Assembly: GCA_030704615.1 (NCBI GenBank) | Contig: CM060734.1 | Span: forward strand, 18,848,001-18,912,000 | Source of the DNA: Takakia lepidozioides | Lineage: Eukaryota; Plantae; Bryophyta | Direction of reading: 5' to 3' | Length of the DNA stretch: 64,000 nt | Program-made: the position numbers and the translations under genes | Notes under the pieces: model-generated | Database searches by the model: none | Told to the model about the DNA's origin: nothing | Seen by the model: only the letters and a program-made list of their open reading frames with translations | In this document: one piece after another, positions 1-12,037 of the stretch | Position numbering within the stretch: the first letter of the stretch is position 1 | Layout of the letters: every line of letters begins with the position of its first letter

Positions 1-51
1 ACAGCTGCACACAGAATGTTCCAAGCTTTTCTCCCCTCAGCAACGACGCAA

Positions 52-200
52 TGGCGTGAGCGCGCGAGCGTACGCTCACGCAGGAGTGACGTGGCGTGAG
101 CCTGCACCCACGCTGACGTGGCGTGAGCGTCATGTCAGCATGCTGACGTGGCGTGAGCGTCATGTCAGCATGCTGATGTGGCGGCAAATGATGACGTGGC
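52..200. repeat. MULE subterminal tandem repeat (~30-bp unit TGACGTGGCGTGAGCGTCATGTCAGCATGC)
   Basis: Several copies of TGACGTGGCGTGAG at 87-200. Related GGCGTGAGC/GCTCACGC motifs recur at 23755-23806 at the other end. Confidence 0.75.
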
Positions 201-569
201 ACTGTCCGTCATCTGCCATGTCAGCATTAACATGCGCCGCCTATAACCGAGGATGGTCCTATGACCGTGGAATTAATGCAGGGAGAAAATATCCTCACAA
301 AGTGTGCGCCATAGAGGTTGCCACGGGAAGACCTTCATCCCTCCTCAAATAACAATGAGAGTTAGGATCATCTTCAAAAGATGATTGTAGTGCATAGCGA
401 CAGCAAGACATGTAGACTTCGAACGGTGCAATGACAAATGTGCTTTAAAAGTTGACACTCAGAGCTCACTCCGTATAGTTGGAGGCCATATCATTGCACC
501 GCCGACGAATTGATGTGAATTACACATTTCAAATCATGGTCGTCCACATACCACATTGCATAGTTGATG

Positions 570-3500
570 CTACCCATGTGTTGTATCTCGCTGCAATAGA
601 GTATCGACCTCGTTGAAACTCATAGTGGCCTGGTGAATGAAGTTGTCACGTTTGGGATCGCAAACCATCCTCTTCAAAAATATGAAATACAAATGTTTGC
701 AGGGTATGAATTTACCTCTCTTGCCCAAACTGGTTGATAGCATATTCACAAAATCAGGACATGTGCAATTGGGAAAATTGGAAACCGTGATGTCGTAGGT
801 CCTGTCATGAACAGCAGATGTGGAAGTGATGATTGTGAATACCCGACCATATCCTGGATCGAGTACTTCCGTGGTGCTTCCAACACGAGCTTGGAGCATT
901 CTTGTGGACTCCACTTTGCCAAAGTGTTCAGCGGTTGGAGGGAAACGCCGAACGAGCTTTCCATCTCGTTTGGTTGGCCACAAGTCAGGATTTGCCGGGG
1001 GGACCTGGGAGGACGCAGAAGTAGTAGCACATGCATGGAGTTGGGGTTGTCTCGCAAGGGAAAAACCTGCCTCCCAGATTTCAATCTCCTGAAATCTGAG
1101 ATGTGTTCCCACCTTCACGGGCCAAACGGTTGGAGGAGATGGCTTCATCACTACGGAAGGACGCACAGTTCCATGCACACATCTGGCACAATCATCTGCG
1201 CAGAACCAGAACTTGTGGTTCTTGGCTTCTGGTTGACCGTATGGACGCATCAAACCCGTGAAAGTCGGAGCAGGAGTTCGGGCACCACCTCTGGATATAG
1301 ATGAAGTGCACTTCTCGAAATTAGTTGCCCTGATCGCTGTACATAACTTCACACGAGACCCTACACTTGTGCTTTCTATGTGCCAAACGTGGTCGGGGCA
1401 TGCGGACTCAAGCACATCAAGGGGGTGTTTCTCTCCTGCACCATTCAGTGGCACTGTTTGATGCTTAGCTTGCCGTCGTGTTGGAGGTTCCTCCACATGG
1501 AGGTTCCGGACATGGAGCTATCATGCAGGGAACACGAGGCTTCGAGAAGTTATCACGGTCTTCCCTGTGCGAATCGGAATCCGAACTAGGTGGAGTGTTC
1601 AATTTCCTCTTACAGGAGCCGAATCTCTCCTCCCCTTCAAGATGTGGAACTCTAAAACAAGTGGCGTTCCCTGGGCATACATGCTCACCGCCCGTGCTAT
1701 CTTGATTGGATCCCCAGATCTGTTTGCAGCACGCAACATCAACTCCCATTTGTCCGGACCCTTGCCACCACCCCACCTCGCAAGAAATCACGGTATCGGG
1801 TTTGTTGTTGCAAGCACGTATCAAATCATCTGTTGTTGCCACATACAATCCCGACCTCGTTTCCCAGACTGCTGCAACCATGCGTTGTGCACGTTTCTTT
1901 CTGCCAAATTGCAAGATGGCATGTCCGCCATTTCCTCAATGGACATGTTCTGCAAAGTGGAGAACCACACTTCAAACAGTGAACAGAAACAACATAAAGA
2001 AAGCGAGACACAATAAAATGGAAAGTAAATGTATGAATAAAGCAAGAAATATAGCCTCGTACCACTGGCATGGCTGCTCCCCCCTGTCTATACCGGAAGG
2101 CCAAACGCCAGCCAATCTTCCAATGCTCTCATACTCTCAAGTGATGCAGCTCCAGAAGAGAACCACCAGACACGAATTGTCTGGAAAAAAGTGTCCGCCT
2201 CCTTCATTGTTCTAGCATCTTTGTACTCTTTGCACAATTTACGGTGCTGAGTCTGCATCTCTGGTTTGATGTCCGACTTTGTATGTTTTTCCAGAGATTG
2301 TGTCCAATGGAATAGACATGTACCTCTCTTCCTCGCATTGGCACTTTTGGGTCGCCCGATCCGAAGACAATACACAGCATTGAAATTTGCTTGAGCACTA
2401 TCCGCCATGAAACCTGCGAAATTTGGAGATGGCAGCCCATGGCAGCCCATGACACATATCAGGGAATTCCACATGAGCTTCTGGGATTCCGTATCCTCGG
2501 ATTGCATGTCACAAACTGCAATTGTCATAACTCGTTGGTACACTGGATCGTAGACATGACAAGCCATTGTCGTCCAATCCTTCACTCGTTTCACATGATC
2601 AAACATAGAAACAGTTCTGCAAGTCCCAATCTTCTGCATCCGCTTCACGAGGCTAACCCCACTGCCTCCCCAACAGGCGACATTTTGAAAAGAAAAACTT
2701 TGATGGCACCTTGACCTGGGAATCATTGTCCTGGATGTAATCGTACTTGCTCACTCGTTTCAACTCCAAAATGTTGTCTATGTAGCCTCTGATACCAGAG
2801 CCCATCTTAATGCATTGATCTGATGCCGAATGTTAGGTGAACTCAAAGTGGAGAAATGATCCATGACCAGGTCCAATGCTGCACCGTCAAGTTTAGTCCC
2901 CACATAATCCCCTTCACTCAAAATATGGCTTTCCAAGAAGGACTTGCTTGCGCCAAGAGCAATTACAGATGTTGTTGCGGATGGGTTTCTCTCGAACTCC
3001 TGTTTAATCAAGCTCGATACTGTCTCAACACTGTCCCTGTAATCCCCCTTCGAGACAAGATGGTTATGAAATCCGAAATGCACAACTCTTGTCATTGTTT
3101 CCAACGGTGGACAACATAGTACATTCTTGCTCCGCAGAGCGCCAAGCAGGATGGCACAAGTTTGCAGAATTTGCAGACGAAAGTGTTTGCCGGTGGTGGG
3201 GCAGTCCCAGGCTGAAATGGATTTCCGCCAGACCCTCCCATTCGCTTTGATTATGAACCCCAGACTGAAGAAATTGTCTGCAATTCAAATTATCACACCT
3301 AAGGTGTCCATTGCAAACTGTTCTCCTGAAAACAAGCTTGTCATCATTCTGAATATTGGATGTTTTTGTTCTGCGGGTGCCCGTCGTGTTTCTTGTCCAT
3401 TCCATGCATCATGATTGTTACACCTCCAACTCGCGGAGGAGGAGGCAGCTCGAATAGGATATCGCCATCAAAAGTCTCTGGCAAGAACTTCACAGGCACT

Positions 3501-4052
3501 TGCTTCAAAGATTCCCAATCAATTCCTCGCCACTCACTTTTGAATCCAGCCATTCCTCCCATTGCCCGTAATTTTGGAATGACACTACAAATCTCTTCTT
3601 CATCAGCTTCTCCAACCACAGTAGGAAGGACTGGATTTGGAATTTCACTTATGTCATCATCAGACGAATCCGAAAGCTCAACGATTAGAGTGGAGGACGT
3701 CTGTTCTTTTCACCACCACCTCCCTCTTGTCTTCAACGACCGAAGCAGCAATCCCGGACGTCACATATGACCCAAGGGACTTTCGCCAAGGCTCTCCAAG
3801 TACTCTGTATCGACCAGGGCGCACTCTCCACTGGCTGACATGAGCCGTCTCATCACGGTTTTGGAAAGAGTATTTCAACAACTTCCCTTTCAAATCGTAC
3901 ACCTCTTTCTCCAAAAAGATGGAGCCATTCTGAAGCTGAAAACGGGTAGCCAAGACATGTTCCAGAACAATTGCAAATCCATTGTCAAGGACTTCCTGGG
4001 AGAACGGCACTGGTTTGTCGTCAGAGAAGAACTCCGCTTCAGAGAAAGCCAT
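570..4052 (-). pseudogene. MULE-type transposase, frameshifted: GCM/WRKY-like zinc domain, DDE core, C-terminal SWIM finger
   Basis: Consecutive minus-strand ORF pieces 3678-4052, 3344-3619, 3064-3405, 2778-3104, 2088-2726, 570-1496. Motifs CNGHLRCDNLNC...HFGFHNH, FMADSAQANFNAV...CLFHWTQSL (MULE D and CxxH), and CTCPDF...PCKHLYFIF (SWIM CxC..CxH). Confidence 0.75.
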
Positions 4053-7000
4053 CTTCCTTCCTCGCGTACGTTGATACCTTGCTATCGCAGACCTTCAGTG
4101 TAAATCGGTTAACTGATGTCTCCAGAACACAGTTGAAGAATAAGCAGAGAATATGGCAGAGGAAGCTCAGACGACGACTGTGCATATTCTGTTATTCCTT
4201 CCAAATATGCAGCCGTCCATTTTAATTACTTTTCTTGTGGGCCCAGTGGTCAGAGTATCCCTAGGAGCAATGTCGGCAGCTGTTAAACCGTTAATCAGAA
4301 CTCATCAATAAACACAATAACAAGCCGACTTCCTGGAAGCATGCCACAGGATCTGAGGGTGGGATTGCAGATTAAGTAAATGTATCTTTATACTACTACC
4401 AATGATCATGCGCACCTGGAAAGTTCAAAATGTGAAACGAACGTGGGGTTGGCTAACAAGGATGACCGTGTATAATATCCCAAAATTTGTCATCAAACTC
4501 TCGATTTACATATATTTGTCTAAGATTGTGCGCCAAGATTTCTGGGATTCGTTGTTATTTTTAAATATTGAAACCGTTCTAATAAAGAACACGCCGTTTA
4601 TTTTGGGCGACACACGTCAAACATCGATAACTGAATACGAACACTGTACACTAATTGTTGGCATGTGCACTAATAAGGGAACGACTATGTGTAACGGTCA
4701 CACGAGAGGGAATCCGATGCTTCTAGAGACAAGCAACAACGCACGCAATCCCGCAAGAAATCGGGAGTCACTTCGTTTTTCTACTTTTCGCGCTTAGAGG
4801 GAGAGTGGTAGTCAAGCTGGAGAGGGTTCCTTCTACAATACGAAAGAGAAGAAAGTCTCTTTATTTTACTTCCCTTAGAGAGAGACGCAGAGCAAGAGAG
4901 CAAATGACGAGGCATCGTTTGTTGGAGAACACAGGGCCAAGGCAACAGATGAACGCGGAGACTGATTCACAAGAGCAGACCGAGACTGAGGCAGCGGCTG
5001 TGACACAGTCGGCGATAACAGTGCGCGTTGGAAACCAGCCTGTGGATGCAGAGATGACTCGCAGGGAAACTGAAGGAGGTGGAAGTACGAGGAACACTGA
5101 ACCGGGAGAAGGTCCAGAAACCCTAGAGCAGACAAAAATTCCAGCAGATGTGAGAGGGAAGAGGAAAGCTGCAGAAGGGGATCCAATTTCAAAACCTAAG
5201 AAGGAGCCAGTAAGTTTTCTCTAACTTACATTTCATTGTTGAAGATCTGCGTAGAGATTGAGTGGAATGTCCCAGAAAGGGATTGTCGCTACCCACCATC
5301 ACCATGAAACATGGAGTGAGGGTTACATACGGGTGAGGGTGACACTCTGCGGTGTTACAGAGGGTTACATGGTGGTGAGGGTTAGTAAGTGATTGGCGGC
5401 AACGACATTCAGTATAGTTTAGGGCGGACAGTAAGTGCAGATTATTCAGATTGACTCCATTGTGATTACCGTCGCAAGCATTCACAGTTTCTTGTCTATG
5501 TCGAGAGTACTTTCCAATCGATACTCTACCTGAATCTACAGTATGGTCTTCAAATCTTTGATTGGCGGTACCGCCTTTCCACTTCTCTATCTGTTCAACC
5601 TCATACAAAGAAAATGCATTGCAATACATTATGACTGAATATGCCGACCCTCACTCTCTCTTCAAACACATAGGTACATAAATCTCATGAGGAGAATCGA
5701 ATGGCGTTAACGACGCTCGCAATTTAGTAGACTTCAATCACATGTTCCTGCTAAAGAAGGGAAGACGAAGGACTGCTTGAAAGGTAATCAGACAGACTGT
5801 ATGATCTGAACAACAGTGAATGACGGTACCGTCAGTCACCCACTCATTGTGCTGTAAACCCTTAACAGAGGAGTAGAAAGCAATCGCTTTTGTTTTGAAT
5901 TCGGCAGGATCAACTTTGCTTGTGTAGATGGTTTTGAATTTGTTTCACACCATTCATTGTGAGTTTCGTCGAGACAGAGTGATGATCGTTACCGCCGTTC
6001 ACTATTTGCACATTACTCAGTCAGATTTGAATGGCATCGTGCAGAAAACTTTGAGGTCCAAGCCTACAGGATCAGAGGGGAAAGGATTTGGAGATGGGGA
6101 TGAGTCTGGAAAAAGCTCAGAGAATAACGATGAAGCAGATGAATATGAAGTGCACTACCTTGACAAGGTGAAAGAACTCATGTCATTCCAGATGGTCAAC
6201 TCTCAGGAGGTTATAAGGGACATGCTCGTATCTGGAGGGCGTCTGGACATCCCTCTGTGCCGGATGATATCTATCTATGTCTGTTGTGCGTCCACCTTTT
6301 TCCCTGACATACAAAATTGGAGAGTGATTTCGTGCATGGATACAGACTTGGTGCACAAGTTTTTTATGTGTCACTGACGGATATAAATGGGAAAAGCACA
6401 TTAGTGTCTCCAGAGATTAGTGATACCTGGGATGAGTGCTCAAAGATGCCAATGAGGAGTTTGAGCTGGGCCTCATGATGGGAAAGAACACCCAGCAATT
6501 CTGCAACCACATGTTCTACGTCTGGGACGGCAACCACCGATTGCTGGCATGGATGGGATACATCCAGAAACACCATGCGAAAGACAAAGACAAGCATGTT
6601 GCTGTGGAGGCAATGGTTTTGGATCTAGGAAACGACATCGCTAGGCTTCTTACAGCTATGCACGACGTGAACAAGTAAGTCATCCTAGAGATTTCATTCC
6701 CTATGTAGTGTCTTGTTAATCCCAAAAAAACAGTGTTAAGGAATGCAATGTTTCCAATGTTTTTGCAGATCGACAGAGAAATCACATGTGACAACAAGCT
6801 TGGTCCACACACTATTCCGAATTCAGAGGATTGGTCTGATGAAGCTGGATGATTTTCGGATAGTACTCCCCCCCAATATAATCAAGAAATGCGAAACAGG
6901 AAAAGCTGCAGGCACTTGGTATTCTTTGACTCGAGAGGCGTTTCTGGAGTACATGTATGCGGTAAGCCCGAGTCTGTACTCAGTTTACTTTTCGAATACA

Positions 7001-7999
7001 TGTTTGTAGTCCCTTCGGTGCTAATCACTATTTGAATCAATGCAGCAAGAACTGGCAGAGGCAGCTGAGAAGGGAAAATCCGAATATTACCGCACTACAC
7101 CAGAGGAACTAAGGACATCAAAGGGTGTGGAAGCAGCAATAAAAAAAGAGTTTGAAATGCGAAGAACCAAATTGATATCCGCCTTTGGAAAGCAGCTTAG
7201 AATAGTAGATCATGGACTTGGTTCTGAGTTCCTTCAGCAGATCAAATCTCACTATGACAAGCATGTGCATCCGGAGATGCAGCAGGAGAAATTGCACCGG
7301 CTGGCCATATCCATGGTCGACCCACAAACAAAAATAAGGTGGTTGGAGATATGGAACTCAGATCAGACAGTAAAGGACTTGAATCAGTTCCCAAATAGCA
7401 CCATACAGCCTGGCACAAAGGTGGAAGGAATCAGTGATTTGGTGTTTGATAACTGGCTCCACAATGCTACATTTTGGAGTCAGGTGTGTATTCAAATAAG
7501 CCGTTTTCTTTTCTTCAATTATGTGATGAGTATCTTACTTGCAATCCTGACAAATATACAATTTGCAGCTCGAAAAGCGCGCCGTCATTGTGCTGGATCA
7601 GACTTTGAAGGACTTGAACATTTCGATTGTTTCCCCTCCGCAAATGTCATTGGAGGCATACATAAGGAAGTGGAGAGGTCTCACCTTGAGATACTGTTTT
7701 TTCCGGGAGTTCTCCAAAGATGGTAACATTTTACGGTCCAACGACTTTGACAGTCAGGTTGGAGGAGAGTGGGCCATGATGCGAGTTGTGTATAGGTGCA
7801 ATATCATACTGGAAACTCTACTGCACTTTTTGGGAAATAATTTGGCTTAATAAGGATTGTAATCATAGATCCAAATTGAATGTCGTTGACGACATTCACT
7901 TCTTTGTCTGAGTCATTCTTAAGCGAGAATTTGAATTCACCTGGATTAGGAGCTTATGGTGTAATTATAGTGTCCCTGATTAGAATTGATAATGTCCCT

Positions 8000-8351
8000 T
8001 GTCAAGTTAAATAAGCACAGTGTGAAAACAACTAGAATAAAACTAGTTATTTGTATTTAACACTTGGATTTAGGTCAAGTGTTAAATCAGGTGTCAAGTT
8101 TAGTTTGACACCTGAACCGCCTTATCTTCAGAGAGCGGCAGTCCGCGCAGCTCATCTCTCTCGAGTTGAGCCTGCGCGACCGAGCTCCTGCATCGTTTAG
8201 GACTGAGTGTGCTTATGATGTATAGGTTGTTGTGGGGTGGAGTCCCCATAGCTTGGGGTGCCCCTGGCTCGACTTCTGTTTTAACGAGTGATAGCGATGG
8301 ATTTCATGTTGTTTCTGTGTGTGACAGTGTGTCTCTTAGCTTGTTCTATCA
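8000..8351 (+). repeat. Copy 1 terminal repeat A1
   Basis: Direct repeat of 19680-20035 (TGTCAAG...TTCTATCA); also matches 61872-62155. Confidence 0.92.
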
Positions 8352-8363
8352 CTCGAGAGAGAT
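8352..8363 (+). promoter_or_regulatory. Self-complementary primer-binding site (no tRNA-type TGG start)
   Basis: CTCGAGAGAGAT directly after A1 is the reverse complement of ATCTCTCTCGAG at 8154-8165 inside A1. Confidence 0.75.
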
Positions 8364-11300
8364 CTCTTACCTGTGAGTGCAAGGTAGGAGTTGAGGTTAG
8401 CACTTGTATGATTACCTGTGTGAGAGTAGTGCTTAGTTTAAGAAGCTTAAAAAATAAAAAAATATAACAAAAATATGCAGGTTTCGATCAGCGTTGGTTT
8501 GGCATGAGGCCGCCGGGCAGACGGAGCTACACTGCATGGAAGCAGCCTTCGTTTTGGTCAGTGAGGAGACATCATGGAGTAGCAGCGATTGCCGTTGGGA
8601 AACTGACCAAGTGCGAGACTTAAAGGGGTACCTGTGATCGAGCAGATGGGTAGAACTTCCGTGCCTGGAGATGGCCGGCTGCTCGCCTTAGTTCGATGTG
8701 CATAGACCAGACGGTCAGGAAAGGCAGCGGAAGAGCAGGTGGAGCTGGTGTAGTGGAGCCAGTTGAAGGAGGAGCTGTAAATCCGCCCCCTCCAGTAAAT
8801 GCAGCGCCAGCAGGTAGAGCACGGCGCAGCGAGCTGGTTGAAGGTGAAGGCCCCGAGAGAGAAGCCTAGCAGCAAAGCGATGGAGAACGGGGAGCCCATT
8901 GCTGGCATATCATCAACACTGCAAACCAGGAGTCTCACAAATCTTCATGCTACTTGTGATTGTGGCTGGGAAAGCTGCTTTCACCTGGTCGATTATCTGC
9001 ATAAGCAACCAGCTTCCTGACAAAAAGGGTTGTTGGGGGCATTGTTGATTTCGGGGAGTGCAAGGTGCAAAGTCGTTTTTAAGTGCTTCAGGTTTGTACA
9101 AAGCCAAGTAGCTGTTGCTACCTTGCACCTTGGTTCCACCATTTTGAGGTGGAAACTGGTGGAAAGTCGAATGGTGGTTCACAACCCAGCTTTCAACTCA
9201 GCACACTGCCCGAGTCCAAGTTTGTCACCATATATCTGACACTGCTCCTCCGTCCGCCAATGGTTCTGATTTTTGAAAGATAAGTTCTTCCTTTAAGACC
9301 AAGTCCTCACAAGTCCTCCTGACTTGGTGCAGGATTGTGGCGATACAGGTCAAGGAGCTCCAGCTCTACTTGTCTCATCATTGAACACTTCCAACTGATC
9401 ACTTGCCTCTACTGTCATTTCGGCGTCAAGGGTACTTACTTCTCTGCACAGTGCTGGTCCTGGAGTCTTAGTGCGAGATACCACATTCATTTAATTGGTG
9501 CAGGAATATGAGCTCTATCAGCTTCTGAACTCCAGGATTATCCCTTAGTCTGGTGTATGGGATGACCCATCTGAAACACCACGATCAGCAAGGTGACCCG
9601 AACTGGCACAGAACTGGGACAACCCAGGTGCAGTTGGTGGCCTTGACCAGACCTCAAGGCCGTACTCATCCAACCGGTTAGAGAGGAGATGGGAGCTGTG
9701 ATGGTATTCATAGTATTCATGCAGCTGCCTTGGTGGGACAGTGAATGCGAGACTGGCAGCTCAACTTGGCATTGGGATCGTAATTCAGTAGCAGGCTGAT
9801 TGGAGTTAAAGAGGTTTTGGTCATGCCAGTGTCCGAGCAGCCATGAATCTTGGTCAGATTTTTTGAAGGTATGTTGCATTGCGTAGGCAGTGTTCCAGGG
9901 ATTCTGAAACCCAAGCGAGCAGCATGTGCAGAGCAGTGCACGGGTGAATTGACCAACGCCCTACCTTTAGAATTCTATTTTGCGATCTGCCAGAGAAAGA
10001 CAGCCAGCTTTGCAGGATGTTTGATTGAGGGAGCAGTGCATAGCGAGGCCAGTGATTTGAATGCCGCTGAATCTGTCACGGAAATGACCTGATTAGGTTT
10101 GGCTGAGCATGTAACCAAGTGTCGGGCAATGGAGGCAACGGCCCTTGCTGGAGGATGCATATCCAAGATGCAGGGATGGTCCTGGATGATGCTGGCATAA
10201 CCTGCATTTCCTCTGGCTGCTCCTACAATCTGGTTTATGTGCCCCTGGCACTATAGTGCTGAGCCGATCAGATATTTCCGATCTGGTGCTTTCCGGGGTT
10301 GCATTGTAAGTGTTCCTGCTTTTGTGGGAATATTGGTGCAAGGATTAAGGCTCAGCATAGCTACGGATCTCGACTGGAGGAGAGCCAGTCACTGGAACCA
10401 GGGAACAAGAAACCAGGGAACAGGAACCAAGACAAGTATTGAAAATAGAGTTTTCCTTGTATTTGTTTTGTCTTATATGAAAAAAAAAAATAAAAAAATA
10501 AAAAAATGTGTTATGTTTAAAGAGCCTGGTTTGTCATATCTTTGTCAAATGAGCTCCGTTTGACTCAGTTCTTGAGGGGATAGCTGCAGAAAGGGGATAT
10601 CTACCTATCTAGGTTTTTGTTTTTGGGACTCTGCTAAAAATCTATGGAATTTTTAGAGTGTGAGTGTGCCATGAAAGATCCACAATTCTGTTTCTAGAAC
10701 CTGTTCTGGTCTATATGAGAGACAAATCTGTGGATGTTCTCCTTGTATGGCTGGGGGAAATGAGGACGTAATTGAAGGGCAGTCTCTTCTCTTAGCCTGT
10801 GCACACAAGGGGACAGGATTTATGTTTCCCAAGGAACTCAGACTGATTTGAGTGGAGAACAGTTGGATGAGTTGATTGCATACTGGGAGTCAGGCATTAG
10901 CAGTAGACAACAAACTGCTGTAGTTGGCGTTGAGGGCCTCAATTGCTTTGGATAGTCAGAACTCTGTTGGAGCCAGCAGTTCTGCAGCTGTAGGTGAAAT
11001 ACCAAAGTGGGTGAAAGCTAGGCTTGGAACACAACCAAAGACAGCCCCAGGGACCAAGGTGTTCAGCCACAAGGCCGTGGTGTATTGGAGCAGAGGAGCA
11101 GGAGCTGCACAAGTTTGTGCAATCAGACATGGTTGCAGCCGGATACGCTCTGCACAAGGCAACCACGAGCGGGGGTTCATTAGCAATGACAAGTTTGTTT
11201 TGCTTGAAGGAGATGCAGTCATTCGCAATGAGACACCCGCAACCGTCTCAAAGCTTATCGAGTTGAGAGACTATCAGACCCTACCTTGTTTTTCTTTAGT

Positions 11301-12037
11301 GTTTCAGTGAGCGGGAGATAGGGGAGTATTGCTTTGTCTCTACCTGGCAGAAGAGGAGGAGGGTTGGTTAGAGCGAGCTACTGTAGCTTGGGACAAGGTT
11401 AGTGGCAGGTTTTCTGGACCATAGCTATACCACTTACACCCTTACCATCATGCAGAGCGAGGCACTTTGAGAGAAGTCTGGCAGTTGATAGCATAGATCA
11501 GGATTAGATCTTGCTTGGGCGGGCTTCTATTCTTCCCCTCCATCTCTGTACTATTTTCATTACCTTGTACTCGTAGTTGCCAAAGCCCTCTCTTGGTGGA
11601 GGCCAGTCAGTCCGGGTTTTGGGCTGGGCTATTCTGCAGGATCAAGCATTGCAGCTGGATTTTGGTGTGGGGGTGTTGATGTTTGATTTCTTGTGTTTGG
11701 ATCCCCCCCAACACCTGCATGCTTGATTGTGCACCATGTTTGGTTTTTGTGGGGGCGCTTTGCTTTCATAGGGATTAGGCCGGATTTGATCACCGGTCAA
11801 TCCTAGAGTATGTTGTCGGTGTGAGGCTGAAGTGATGACCAACAAGACCACCAGTTTTTTTCTTCTATGGTGAGACTGGGTTGATGACCAGCCAACCATA
11901 AGAGTTCTTGCGGTGGATGCAGGTGTAGGTGCCCTGAGCCACTGGGATATGACCCTTAAACTGCAACAGGTGCCTACCCGTGTCACTATTAGAATTAGTA
12001 ATAGAGCCTTATAGTGTCACGTGGGGAGGTGCACATT

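Noticed and set aside
87-200. Short regular repeats resembling a CRISPR array or a G-box enhancer cluster
   Set aside because: No unique spacers and a eukaryotic context; its position at the MULE end fits subterminal repeats.
746-4225. Numerous plus-strand and alternative-frame ORFs over the transposase (and likewise antisense to the Gypsy and LINE genes)
   Set aside because: Shadow ORFs of real coding frames, with no recognisable motifs.
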